DNA of 64,000 nucleotides from assembly GCF_006345805.1 (NCBI RefSeq), contig NC_042999.1, positions 60,140,001 through 60,204,000 on the forward strand. The letters are read 5' to 3'. A program made the translations under genes and the position numbers. Under the pieces are notes generated by a model that did not search any database, was not told where the DNA came from, and saw only the letters and a program-made list of their open reading frames with translations. This stretch comes from Octopus sinensis. Taxonomy: Eukaryota. Positions 14,483 to 28,171 of this stretch are shown here, one piece after another; position 1 is the first letter of the stretch, and every line of letters begins with the position of its first letter.

Positions 14483-14652
14483 ATACCGCGTAGGAGTGGC
14501 TGTGTGATAAGTAGCTTGCTTACGAACCACATGGTCTCGGGTTCAGTCCCACTGCGTGGCACCTTGGTGTTTTCTACTATTGTCACGGGCTGACCAAATC
14601 CTTGTGAGTGGATTTGGTTGACAGAAACCGAAAGAAGCCCGTCGTGTATATG

Positions 14653-14693
<41 letters not shown>

Positions 14694-14900
14694 TTCTGTG
14701 TGTGTGTTTGTCTCCCCAACATTGCTTGACAACCGATGCTGGTCTGTTTATGTTCCCGTAACTTAGCAGTTCGGCAAAAGAGACCGATAGAACAAGTACT
14801 AGGCTTACAAAGAATAAATCCTCGGGTCGATTTGCTCGACTAAAAGCGGTGCTCCCACATGGCCACTGTCAAATGACTGAAACAAGTAAAAGAGTAAAAA
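14483..14900 (+). mobile_element. SINE family A
   Basis: Head, (TG)n and tail all present. Confidence 0.85.
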
Positions 14901-15164
14901 GAGGAAAGAGTAAGTGTTAACACTATTATGTAACAGGGTCCTGTCAACAGAAATCTCGGTTCGAACAGTATCAAAGTATGATAGAATCTATGTTATCTAT
15001 GTTAACAGATTTATAAGGTGGGCCAATCTAACTATTTCTCCGTAGATTGAAAAAAAACATTATGAACAACATTAATCCCCCCACACATTCTAACACGTAT
15101 ACAATCTAAATGCGAAAGAAGTACAAGAAGCACATGCACACACTTATCAACCAATGATTTAGAC

Positions 15165-15502
15165 CAGGGGTTCTCAATCATTTTTTACCAATGGACCCCT
15201 TTAATTCCTATTTTACTTGTGTGCACCTCTCAAAGCCCTTCGATTGTTTAATAAAATCCTATTATTAGGATTTTATAATTAAATATTATTAGGAATTATA
15301 TAAAAACTGTTAAAATATCTTGTGCACTTTAGAAGTATAACTCAATCTACTGCATATGAATTTTTCTGGTCTGAAGCACAATTTTTTCATGAGCCCCTGA
15401 AAAATCACCGTGGCCGCAATTTACTGTATTGCATCCGTAGAAACCCTCAAAATCTTATATGGAACCCGCAGCGTCCATATAGACCCCGGTTGAGAAGCTC
15501 TG
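15165..15502. mobile_element. hAT (Charlie-type) MITE, 338 bp
   Basis: TIRs CAGGGGTTCTCAA / TTGAGAAGCTCTG; 8-bp TSD ATTTAGAC (15157-15164) / ATCTAGAC (15503-15510), 7 of 8 identical. Confidence 0.85.
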
Positions 15503-15689
15503 ATCTAGACAGTCTTCATCAAGCCCGAAAGTAAGAAAAGTCTATAAAGGAATACTATAGAAGCATTTGATTAATACACAAAACAGAACTGAAGGCAAAA
15601 CCCCCAAATAATAATAACAAAAACAAATAATAAATAAATAAAAGCAAGAGCACCCAGAGGGCACAAACCTCCGTAAAGGCAACACCAAC

Positions 15690-16002
15690 GTCTTCTCAAC
15701 GATTAGCCGGAGATGATTTTTAAAATGAGAATATCTGAAATTCTCACAAAAGAGAATAGTAAAAACGAAACCGAACGCTCTCAAGAAGTAAGTAATAAAG
15801 CAGGAAAAATAATCCAGGATTCATGTCCGGAACCAGACCGATCCCCAAATCTAATCAGTTCGTGCCAGTCACGGGACCAAACATCTCTGAAAGTTTCATC
15901 CGATTCCATCCTGCAGTTCTTCAGATATCTTGTCCACAGACAAACAAGCAAACTAACACCGCTGGAAACAATACCTGCGCCTTCGCTTAGCCGGAGGTAA
16001 TA
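15690..16002 (+). mobile_element. Helentron/HINE-like non-autonomous element
   Basis: Body GAAAGTTTCATCCGATTCCATCC...GATATCTTGTCCACAGACAAAC and 3' imperfect hairpin ACCTGCGCC-TTCGCTTA-GCCGGAGGT followed by AA; recognised from general resemblance to invertebrate HINE/DINE-like repeats. Confidence 0.45.
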
Positions 16003-16244
16003 AAAAAGAAAAGAGAAATCAAAAAGAGATAATAAGCATAAAAAAATCTAGCTGTCGCAATAAAACATTAGTTATAATATTCACAAGGAATTCCTACACG
16101 AACTAATAATATCAGGTAGGAAAACATGAAAAACAATAATTGCGTGAAGAATACATTAAGATGAAAACTAATTAGGATTATCATTTTTATGAATTGTCCT
16201 TCTTTTTCCTTCGATCTCTTGCCGAGTGTCTTCCCGACAACTAT

Positions 16245-16249
16245 TATTA

Positions 16250-16284
<35 letters not shown>

Positions 16285-16860
16285 TATTATTATTATTATT
16301 ATTATTACCAAGTGAGAAAGCAATGCATGTCATCAAAGTGACACTAGTATACAAACATACAAAGCCCAGTATACCCATTATATCTACCCGTCTGATAAGG
16401 GTACACTCGGCACATGCATCGCAACCATATGAGCGCGACATGGTGGTCTCATAAATCAAAATAAACAGCGCATGACCTTGCAGTTGGGACCCAATTAGAA
16501 TTTTCATCACATCGGGTAGCGCATCTCGCTCAAAAGGTCTCTGAATAAGGGTTGTTTAAGGATGTTGAACGAAACACCCATGTTTCCTGAGGTGAATTAT
16601 TCAACACACAGAATTTCCCACAACACATGGCTATGGCGCTCCCCACCTACTTCTGATCGTGATCAGAGATGCACATAACGTCAGCCACTAAGGGACATGG
16701 TCAACTGATTAAAGTCAAACAACTGACAGGGAAACCTTTGGTATTGAGCAGAATATTTGTTGTAGCCCATCTTTTATACCAAAACAAAACAATGTACATT
16801 ATAACACTTCCAATCAGTTAAGATCAGAAGCCATGAGAGCCATTGCCTCGTACTGCATCA
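16245..16860 (-). repeat. Interspersed repeat family D, longer copy
   Basis: Homologous to 494-815; (AAT)n tail. Confidence 0.75.
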
Positions 16861-16886
16861 GTATTATTATTATCATCATCATTATT

Positions 16887-16930
<44 letters not shown>

Positions 16931-17609
16931 TATTATTATTATATTATTATTATTATTATTATTATTATTATGTTTTTTCCTTCCTTCTTCAAATTTTCTT
17001 CCGTTTCTCGCCGAGTGTTTTCCATACACCTAGGGCAGAGAAGGGCATTGTATGCATTCCCAGATTACACGCGCAAATTCACAGATAAAATATGTATTTA
17101 AAAATTAATAAATAAATAAATTCATGGATGGATGTTATTTTCACAGCGATTGTGCTCTTCTCAGTACAGGAGCCGTTCCAGTTAATACGAGTTTTTGCAC
17201 TTCCTGTAGGGATGGTAAGCCTGGAATCTTATTATTATTATTAATAATAATAATAGCCTTATTATTATTTTATTATTATTATTATATTATTATTATTATT
17301 ATTATTATTATCATCATTACTATTATTATTATTATTATTGTTATTATTTGTATGGACAATGCGGCTGAGGCCGACTTTACCTTTCATCCATCCGGGGTCG
17401 ATAAAATAAGTAACAGTTGACCATAGGGTCGATGTAATCTATTTGCTCCCTCTCATAAAATTGCTGGCCTTTTGCTTTTAGTTGAGAAGATTATTATTAT
17501 TATGGAAGTCGGCAAGTTGGCAGAATATTTAGCACGCCGGGCAAAAGGCTTAGCTGTATTTACGTTCCGAGTTCAAATTCCGAGGTTGACTTTCCCTTTT
17601 TGAAATAGA

Positions 17610-17960
17610 ACGCATCCAGTACAGACTGGATGTACTCTATTTTCATTCACAATCCCTATCTTTTCCAGCCATTTTGAAATTTCTTTGTTCATTGCATCTA
17701 GGGCACCGACACTTTTTTTTCATTCGCCATAGCATTTTGAATTATCTCATCAAAGATAATCTCGTCATTTATCTCCCTTTTCCGCTATTACTGCTCTACC
17801 CAGGACAAGCGATGTCTATCATCAAGTGCAATTGTTTTGCCTTGCATGCAAAACATCGGGCTCCCGATGTTCGATTTCATGATCACATCGGGTCATGAAA
17901 TTTCAAATTAATTTTACACCGTCATATTTTGCCACGACTTTGCCTCATACTCATACAATT
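17610..17960 (-). mobile_element. R4/Dong restriction-like endonuclease (RLE) domain remnant
   Basis: Minus frames give LMIDIACPG and VGALDAMNKEISKWLEKIGI, matching the RLE C-terminal motifs. Confidence 0.6.
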
Positions 17961-18899
17961 CTCGCGACTCCTTATCCTTTTTTTTTTTTGGAAATTCGTG
18001 TTTTAATTCTCATTTGTTTTACTGCCTGTTTTTGCTGTCTATTGTCTTTTGAAAACCGTTTGTTTTAAAAAATTTTCAAAAATATGCGTGTAGAAATGTT
18101 TCACTGCTCCAGCCGTTAAAATCCTAACATCTAATTCTATCTACGTTCACTGTCTTAGACCCATTAACCAACTAATAATGGAAGCAAAACGGTTATTTGT
18201 AAAGATATTTGTAATGGGGATGTATTTACTACCTTCACCTTCGTGACGAATACCTACTTCCAGCACTATAGAAGCGGGCATATTGAACCACTATTAATTG
18301 AAGTAAAACAGCTATTTGCTAAAATATTTGTATACAATAGAAAAAATGTGTACAGGCGAATATTTTTATTTACACCAGAGTAATGGGAGGAAACTTTTAT
18401 ATATTCTGAAACATTTTGTTGGTAAAAGCACCAAGACAAAGAAAAAAATCTCTTTTTTTTTCATCAAGTAATCCTGGAAGAAAACACCTTCTAAGTAGAA
18501 CTGGGTTAAAACGCATGCATTCAAGACAGTTAACAATAACAAAGACAGCAACAACAACAGCAAAAGACTATAATTACTACAACAATAACAATATTAATAA
18601 CTAAGGCAATCTAAAAAAAATAACAATAAAAGAAGAATATTAAGTGGAAAAAAGGTCGTTTCTAATGTAAACCACATGTTGGTGAAACTCGGTAAAACTA
18701 TCTTTTGTTGTTCCATGCATTACGCACTCGCACACACCAAACTCTCTTATACATACGCTGTTTCTCCGCTCACGCGCTCAACAACAGCAACCCAACATTC
18801 ACACAAAACACACACATATACGCGCACGTACATACATGTATATACACCACGAAAATACGGTAATAATTTTTTAGTGCTTCTTCTTCTATTTCACTGATT

Positions 18900-19090
18900 C
18901 GCACTCCACATACATGCACTTACATGCATACATGAGACATACGTTATACATACATGCATGTATACATACATACATACATAAATACATACAAACATGCATG
19001 CATACATACATACATACATACATACATACATACATACATACATACATACATAAGTTTATACATACATGCATGCATACATACATACATGTA

Positions 19091-19124
<34 letters not shown>

Positions 19125-19430
19125 CATAAATACATACAAACATGCATGCATACATACATACATGCATACATACATACATACATACATACATACATACATA
19201 CATACATACATGCATACATACATACACACATACATACACACATACATACATACATACATACATACATGCATGCATACATACATACATACATACCTACATA
19301 CATAAATACATACATACACACATACATACATACATACATACATACATACATACATACATACATACATACATGCATGCATACATACATACATACATACATA
19401 CATACATACATACATACATACATACATAAA
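18900..19430. repeat. Long (TACA)n tetranucleotide microsatellite with TGCA variants
   Basis: Direct reading. Confidence 0.95.
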
Positions 19431-19849
19431 TGCACACGCACACGTTAAGAACAGAAAAGGAGAATCTCAGAGTTATGTTTGTAGGTGTGTGTGTGTGTGT
19501 GTCTGATAATGAACCATAGGAAAAAGTACGCATTACATATGGTAGAAATTCAGCATTCCCACCGCCGCCGCCACCACCACCAGCACCACCACCACCACCA
19601 CCACCACTTCCCCCCGTCACCACCGCCAGCTCCTTCCCCATCACGACCGGTGTCACCATCACTGCCGTCACCGCCGTCACCGCCACCACCATTGATATCG
19701 TAATCATTATCGTCACCGCCCTCCTCCTCCTCCTCCTGCTCGTCATCATCATCATCAACATCATCATTATCATCATCTATCGACCACGGCTTGCGACTTA
19801 CGTTCTGTTACCCTGACAGACATTCCGCATGGCTTGCTTCATCATAAAG

Positions 19850-20400
19850 GTTCGAAACCCGTTAGGAATCTCGGCATGACTATGATCCATTAGAGTTATT
19901 TGCTACAACTTCAGAGCGATATCCACAAATCATTATCAGCCCATGGGTCGGTTCCCAGATGATGGCTTAGTTGACAAGTAATTCCGAATGTTGTAGACAT
20001 GTAGCTCTCGATTTTATATTGAAGGTGAGCGAAAAGATCGGGTTTTCCATAGATTTGTTCATTAGCCGCAATCTGGATCCAGTTGACACAGGCTGACACT
20101 GAATTCATAGGTCCTGGCTCTGTTGCTCATGAGGCTGAGAAAAGCAAATTGAGGTATCGGTCGCTCTCCGGTAGGTTTATAGTCGAGCTTGTGGCAGTTA
20201 AGACCCCTGGCATTCTCGGTCCCTTGACCATATCACTGCTCACCGCTATCGGGGCGGAGATTGCTGTCCGCAAGTGGGGTCCCCGTGAGCCAGTTTGGCT
20301 GTTTCAGTGCATCTCCCTCACTATCCTCCAGGACAACGCTTTTACCATTTTGCCTGCTAGTGCCATGAGAAATGTTTTTATATCGAGAGAGGCAAGATTC
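19850..20400 (+). mobile_element. CRE-clade non-LTR retrotransposon C-terminal (RLE) remnant
   Basis: ORF 20083..20427: GSVAHEAEKSKLRYRSL...VAVKTPGILGP...LGAEIA...REPVWLFQCISLTILQDNAFTI resembles the CRE terminal motif (..KY..L...PVAVET.G..G......FQR.S.AIQRGNA). Confidence 0.65.
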
Positions 20401-20499
20401 TCCGTTAATCTATCATGCACACTATAAGCTTAAGAGTTTCTTTGTGTATGTTTGTAGAACAGAATCAAGTGATATATCCTCATAGGTTATAAGCTCAGG

Positions 20500-21000
20500 T
20501 TCTTTCTAGATTGAAAAAGTGAGTGCAGCTAAGTCAGAAAGAGAGAATATGTGGTTGTAAAGTAAGTGCCCACAAATTTTGAGCATCATTAAAAGTGCTC
20601 TGCTCAAGTGTGTCTCAGCATTGACGAATTTTGAAGCTGTACTTCGGAGAAGCTCGAAAATATTAAATATATGGAGAGCTCCAGCTTCACCAGACAACTT
20701 GCGAGAAGTTAACTTGATATCAGAAAGACGACATGATTTGATTTACGGGTGCGAAATGTAGACCCTTACTATATCTACGAGCGAGTCTTTTGATTTAGAT
20801 AAACTTGGCTGCTCGAGATGGGCTCGTACACTAGCTGAATTCAAGAGGAAAAAGAAAGAATTAGGAAATTCTAAGTCGCAACAGTGTGATGTCTCAGGAT
20901 TAATCAGACACATATTCTTTCCAAATCACTGCTTACCGATTTTTATTTCGGAACGAATATTTGTTGGCTTACTTTAGAATGTCTGGGGGTTTTAGCAACT
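20500..21000 (+). mobile_element. RTE-like LINE RT C-terminal remnant
   Basis: LIYGCEM*TLT, compare the RTE motif LLYGCETWTLT; otherwise heavily decayed. Confidence 0.4.
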
Positions 21001-21349
21001 GAGGAAATGAAATTAGATTGGAACACTCGGAATCTGTATTTAACACCAGAGTCTTTTTCAGAAAATTCTCTGAGACAGAATATTACAGTTAGTCGTTCTA
21101 CGTTTGTATATACATTAGAAATGTTATACACATAGATATTTTAATCTAATGCTATTTCTCTTATTTATTTTGTCTTTGTCCCTCGTCCATCGTTTGAATT
21201 ACATTTATTCACTTTCGTATGTCCACTTCTGTTATCGTTTGTTACCTGTGTATTGTTTGCTCTCGGTCCTATATTCTCCGCGACTTTCGCGGGCACCGTC
21301 AACATGGGAAACATTCCAGTCTTATTATTAATGGTGCGAAAGCGAGTAA

Positions 21350-21560
21350 TACCAAGGCGGCGAGCAGTCAGAAAAGTTAGCACGCCGGGCGAAATGCTTA
21401 GCGGTATTTCATCGGTCTTTACTTTCTGAATTCAAATTCCGCCGAGGTCGACTTTGCCTTTCATCCTTTCGGGGTGGATAAATTAAGTACCAGTTGCGTA
21501 CAGGGGTCGATCTAATCGACTGGCCCCTTTCCCAAAAATTTCGGGCCTTGTAGAAAAGAA
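21350..21560 (+). mobile_element. SINE family B (single unit)
   Basis: Head, one unit and tail CAAAAATTTCGGGCCTTGT. Confidence 0.8.
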
Positions 21561-21713
21561 ACTGAGTAAAACCATCTGGTTCAACTGGATTAGGGACCTT
21601 CTGTGTCTTCCGTCCGTTTCTGCACTCGATATACGCTTTTCAGCTCTCATGTGCATTCATTATACATTTTCTACTTTTCATTTGTGTATCTACTATACAT
21701 CGTTTCACTTACA

Positions 21714-21758
<45 letters not shown>

Positions 21759-22374
21759 GTACACCTGTGTGTTTACTGATATGCTCTATAGACTTTTGTT
21801 GGTCTTAATCGATAATAAATTTCTTTATAGACTTACTCAGACACATATCAAGCAAGTAAAATCACGGTTTATTGTACCCTTGAGGGGAATATACAGGAGA
21901 AACACCGCCATTACTTAAGCAATCTCAAATTTACATTAAAATGATAGATGCTTATATTGTAGTTCAGATTTATGCTTTGCTAGGAGTGGGGAGTTACAAT
22001 TTGCTTCGACATTTAAAACATTTTTAACTGAATAATTCCGGGAACGACTGCTGTTTTTTTATTCTTTTTTTAGTCTAAATTTTTCAATGTTGTTTTATTA
22101 TTTGTTTCTCTTGAATTTTTCAACGAGATTCTAAATCTGATCCCGACGCACACCTGGGAAAGAAAGCAGGAAATTTAGTTAAAATTAGGGCATTACTTGT
22201 CTATATTTAAATAATGTAACGAGTCAATACGGTATGCCTGCATGTAGTAAATTGAGCTGCTAAAAATAGCAACCAATTGACTTGAGCTCCCTCAGACTAC
22301 ATGCTTTATAGTTTTGAAAAAGAGGGAAGGACACAACAGACCTAAAAAAAATAAATGAAATAGAGAAGACATTC

Positions 22375-22604
22375 TCTTTTATTCTTTTGCTTGTTTCAGT
22401 CATTTGACTGTGGCCATGCTGGAGCACTGCCTTTAGTCGAGCAAATCGACCCCAGGACTTATTTTATCGGTCTCTTTTGCTGAGCCGCTAAGTTACGGGG
22501 ACGTAAATACACCAGCATCGGTTGTCAAGTGATGTTGCGGGGACAAACACAGACACACAAACATATATACACACATACATATACATACACACACACACAC
22601 ACAC

Positions 22605-22663
<59 letters not shown>

Positions 22664-22812
22664 TACGACGGGCTTCTTCAGTTTCCGTCTAGCAAATCCA
22701 GTCACAAGGCTTTGGTCGGTCCGAGGCTATACTAGAAGATGCTTGCCCAAAGTGCCACACAGTGGGACTGAACCTGGAACCATGTAGTTGGTAAGCAAAC
22801 TGCTTACCACAT
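22375..22812 (-). mobile_element. SINE family A
   Basis: Head and tail match. Confidence 0.85.
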
Positions 22813-23034
22813 ACGAGGAATTTTTGATCATAGCTCTACTTGTTCAGAGCTGATCTAGGGATCAACACTCACGAAAATTTAAAGTAACAGTGAAAACATG
22901 TTAGTGTCAGCGAAAACAATAACTGCAGCAAAAGCAACAACGACAAAAAAAAAAAAAAAAAAACAGAAAAAAGCCATAGCAAAAGACATGCGCGAACAGG
23001 CTGATCTGTGAAGGTAAAAGGTAAGATACGTTCA

Positions 23035-23275
23035 TTCTGAGGCGGCGAGCTGGCAGAAACGTTAGCACGCCGGACGAAATGCTTAGCCGTATTTCGTCTA
23101 CCGTTACGTTCTGAGTTCAAATTCCGCCGAGGTCGACTTTGCCTTTCATTCTTTCGGGGTCGATAAATCAAGTACCAGTTACGCACTGGGATCGATATAA
23201 TCGACTTAATCCGTTTGTCTGTCCTTGTTTGTCCTCTCTCTTTTTAGTTCCTTGTGGGTAGTAAAAAATAGGTAA
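23035..23275 (+). mobile_element. SINE family B
   Basis: Head and unit match. Confidence 0.85.
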
Positions 23276-23574
23276 GATACGTTCGTTAGACCGACAAGAA
23301 ATAGCAGTCAAATCTCCCACAAAACACACATTACCGTCTTGAATGTAGGACATATTGGAACGTTTAGTTAACCGTGTAGGAATACGTAGGGGATTAGGAA
23401 TGGTCCAGATTTTGGCAAAAGTGGATTGTCAGAATGTTCAGAATGCCGGTTAAAATACCTTGCGTTATTTCCGGCGATCCTCTTACCGTGTGAGTTCAAA
23501 GCTCATCGAGGTCAACGTGGCCTTCTATGCATCCGGGTCACTCAAATAGTAAATATTCAGTAAATTTGATTAGT

Positions 23575-23750
23575 TGGAGGCGCCATGGCCCAGTGGTTAG
23601 GGCAGGGGACTCGCGGTCGGAGGATCGCGGTTTCGATTCCCAGACCGAAAACAACTAAAGCTCCACAAGGCTCCGGCAGGGGGTGTAGGCGACCCTTGTT
23701 GTACTCTTTCGCCCCAACTCTCTCTCACTCTTTCTTCCTGTTTCTGGAGT
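23575..23750 (+). mobile_element. SINE family C, truncated
   Basis: GGAGGCGCCATGGCCCAGTGGTTAGGGC...GGTTTCGATTCCCAGACCG head. Confidence 0.75.
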
Positions 23751-24103
23751 AACGCATAAATAATGAGTTTTTTTATACTTCTTTGGCATGTTTACGTCCC
23801 CGTAAGCGGTTAGGCATAAGAGGTGTATAGGCCTTTTGAAATAAGTCCTGGATTTGATTTGTTCCACTAGAAGCCTTGAAGGCGGTGCTCCAGCATGGCA
23901 GCAGTCATTCGACTGTAACAAGTAAAAGAATAAGAGTAAGCTTGTAACATGACTTCCACATTGAACGGCTAGCTGAAACTCATTTAATGATTATTTCTAC
24001 TCTCGGCACAAGGGCTTGAAAATCTTTTGCGGGTAGCCGGCTAGTCCATTACATCGACCCCAGTGCGTAACTGGTACTTATTTCCTCGACGGAAGCAAGT
24101 TGC

Positions 24104-24182
<79 letters not shown>

Positions 24183-25174
24183 GGGGTTTAGTGGAGGGGA
24201 GGTACGACGACGAGCTCGGGGCGAACCTGGACGTCGACGAGGAGTACCTGACCCGCCTGTTCGGGACGACTTTCGGGCCAGGGCCCATGGACAACTTCCA
24301 GAGATCCCTGGCCTGGCAGTGCTACCGAGAAGCGCTACCCGTTCGGGATAAGCTCTACAGACACGGCTCGAGAAACACGGGGCCGACCTGCCCGAGATGC
24401 GGTCAGAGCGACGAAACCGCTCTGCACGCACTCGTTCAGTGTCCAACAATTTCCGACCTGTGGGCTTATGTCGAACAACTGCTGTCACGTGTGGGACGAG
24501 TCGGTTTATCAGCTGAGTCTATCGTTAATATTTTCACGCCTCCTTCCTTCAAACGGGAAGGAAGAGCTATTTTCATCATCCTTGTGGCTATGGCGAAAGA
24601 ATGTATCTGGTGGACGCGTCTGAAAGGATTGGAGACAAACACTTTCCTCTCTGGTCAATCTCTCATCAACTTCTTCAAGTACCACTTGAAAAGGAAAGTG
24701 AGAGTAGAGAGGCAAGTTTTGTCTAGCGAATGTTTTAAAAAAAGATGGGTGAATGTAGCAAGAATGGCACGTATGAATGACGAAGCCACCTTGAGCATAG
24801 TCCTATGAACAGAGAGTTGCTTATTTGCAAAAAAAAAAAAAAAAAAAAAAAAAGAAATATAAAATGTGACTTCATTGACCGAGGTTACCGTGGTCTTTTC
24901 CGTAGGCTTTTCTTTCCACGGGTAAACCTCACCTGTCCTCCCCTTTACACTTCATATTGACATTTCTGTGATAACGATCCCTATTGATCAAATTTTTTTT
25001 CCTCTCCCCCTTTTTTTTTTCTTTTTTTTTTTTTGTCCTCTTTCTCTCCTTTTACGATCCCTTTTGATCGAAACTCCCCCCTCCTTTTTTTCTTTTTTTA
25101 AACCTTCAAAAGAAAAGCTCTACCTTGTAATTTGTTCTATCTGTGTGCAGCCCTGTGTGGCTAATAAAGAAACA
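24183..25174 (+). mobile_element. 5'-truncated Tx1/L1-clade LINE: ORF2 C-terminus with zinc knuckle plus 3' UTR, inserted in (TATC)n
   Basis: ORF 24191..24808 (205 aa, no stops) with CPRCGQSDETALHALVQC (CCHC); 3' UTR ends AATAAAGAAACA; (TATC)n abuts both ends (24103-24181 and 25175-25225). Confidence 0.85.
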
Positions 25175-25225
<51 letters not shown>

Positions 25226-25849
25226 GTATGTGAGTGTGTATGTGTTTATGTTTGACCAGCACCACTTGAAAACCGATGCTGGTTTGTTTATGACCTCCTA
25301 ATGTACTGGTTCGGCAAAGACGACCGCTTGAATAACACACAAACACATCCTCTTTTATCTTTTACTCGTTTCAGTCATTTGACTGCGGCAATGGTGTGCG
25401 CCATTTTGAAGAAATTTTAGTTGAAGTAATTGACCCCAGGAATTATTCGGTCTCCAGTGCTGAACCGCTAATTTACGGGGACATAAACACAATGACAAGC
25501 GGTAGAGTGAAGACAAACACAGACACTATCACACGCATACACATATACAGGTTGGGCCATAGAGATGGAACACAGAGTACCAATATATCTGGTCCTCTAT
25601 GTTCTTTTTATAATCCAGGATACGAACACGTGAAATCTGTCACATCGTTATAGCCCACCTTGTTCACACACATGATGGGCTTCTTCCAGTTTCCGTCCAA
25701 CAGATCCACTCAGGCTTTGGTCGGCTCGAGGCTTTGGTAGAAGACAGCTGCCAAGACGCTACGCAGTGGGACTGAACCCGGAACCATGTGGTTGGTAAGC
25801 AAGCTTCATACCACAAAGCCAAGCCGGCGCATATATGTATATATATATC

Positions 25850-26078
25850 TTTACTACCCACAAGAGGCTAAACACAGGGAGGGACAAACAAGGACAGACA
25901 AACGGATTAAGTCGATTACATCGATCCCAGTGCATGACTGGTACTTAATTTATCGACCCCAAAAGGATGAAAGGCAAAGTCGACCTCGGCGGAATTTGAA
26001 CTCAGAACGTAACGACAGACGAAATACGGCTATGCATTTCGCCCGGCGTGCTAACGGTTCTGCCAGCTCGCCGCCTTC
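25850..26078 (-). mobile_element. SINE family B, adjacent to a family A head at 25670-25830
   Basis: Sequence match to the other copies. Confidence 0.8.
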
Positions 26079-26350
26079 TGCGCATATATGTGTATTCTAT
26101 TATATTTATACATACATGTATTTGCGTCTATACATAAATAATGTCTCTTGTTTATGAATGAAACTGTACGTGCATATGAACGTGCTTTTATAACTTTTAT
26201 AACAAGCTAGTTTCTTCAAATATTTTGCACACATCTATTGTGTAAAGAATCGAATCCAAACTTTGAAACATATTAACTGAATGTTTTGCCTATAGCAATG
26301 CTAACATACTCCGTTATTAACTTGGAAATGTTGAACATATAATTCAAAGA

Positions 26351-26429
<79 letters not shown>

Positions 26430-27085
26430 GTATATATATATATGTATATAAATGGCTCCCATTTGAAGGTCATCGTTCGATGATTTCTCTACTTTCAATT
26501 TGGAAATAAATATTATTGATAAATATTTCCAATAAAGTTTTATATTTAGTTAGTCATGGAAACATCATTGTGATATTCCGGCATTCTAGTTTGATACTTA
26601 CTGGTTAAATTCTTCTTTATCGTTTGTTTCGGGGCTTCCCTCTCTATCTTTCTTTTTCTCTTACACTTTCTGGTTTTCCCTATTAACCTTTAGCATTATT
26701 TTAGCGTTCTTCGCTTTACATTACTAAATACAAATATGAAATATATATATATATAAATGTGCAAGAAGCCATGGAAAGTTAAAGCATACACACACACACA
26801 CACACATATACATATATATATGAGTATATGCATATATGCACTACCTTATATATATATATATGTGTATATACATACGCACATATATAATATACATCTTTAT
26901 ACATGTAGATACTTTCATATAAATACATACATTATGCGTGTGTGTGGTGTGTGTGTGTGTGTGTGTGTGTTTGTATGTATGTATATAATATACTGAATAT
27001 ATATGTATGAATATATGTATGTATACATGTAATGTGTATATATGTATGAATATATGTATTTATATATACAATATATATATGTATG

Positions 27086-27117
<32 letters not shown>

Positions 27118-27129
27118 CGTATATATATG

Positions 27130-27167
<38 letters not shown>

Positions 27168-27328
27168 TATATATACGTACTACATATAATATATATATAT
27201 ATATATATTCATACATATATATATATTGTATATATATAAATACATATATTCATACATATATACACATTACATGTATACATACATATATTCATACATATAT
27301 ATTCAGTATATATATACATACATACATA

Positions 27329-27372
<44 letters not shown>

Positions 27373-28082
27373 TATATATATATATATGTATATATACAGA
27401 GAGAGAGAGAGAAAGAGAGAGAGATACATACATACTCGCATGCACGCATATGTGAATCTATGTACATGTGTGCATGTGGACACATATAAACCACATATGT
27501 ACATATCGAATCACACACAACACACACACACACACACACACACCACACACACACACACTCAGACGTTGGCCTAGTGGTTACGTTTACACATATGATCGGA
27601 TGTTTATGGTTACTATTCCTGGACCGGGGAATTCGTTACGCTCTTGAGCAAGACATTTCATTTTCCGTTGCTCCAGTATACTCACATGGCAAAAGTAAGT
27701 AATCTTAAGAGTGACCGCCAACCCGTCTAGTGGGTGGGGGTATAAACACACCAAAGAATTCAAGAAACCGGTCCTTAAGCGTGTGGCTGGCTACGGATGG
27801 TCTTTAAACACAACACCGGTTATCAAGCAGTGATGGGGAGGACAACCAGAAAGAGAAAGCCGCACATACATAGACACATACAACTCCTTCAGCATAAGTG
27901 GTAAACGAGCAGATAAAGAATAATAAATAGGATCTTTCTGTTAATTGTATATCGAACAATTTCATGCTAAATGTTATGAAAAACATCCTGTTATTATCAG
28001 CACCATAAGCCTATGCGTATACATACAAGTATTTATACATACCCATAAGAACACCAAAGCTGCACGACCATATACATACATG

Positions 28083-28168
<86 letters not shown>

Positions 28169-28171
<3 letters not shown>

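Noticed and set aside
19540-19776. Gly/Pro/His-rich ORFs suggesting a transcription-factor exon
   Set aside because: Compound CAC/CGC/CAT trinucleotide repeat with no domain or convincing splice sites; the same applies to 44915-44995.
24180-24488. GC-rich 102-aa minus-strand ORF
   Set aside because: Antisense shadow of the Tx1 ORF2 fragment.
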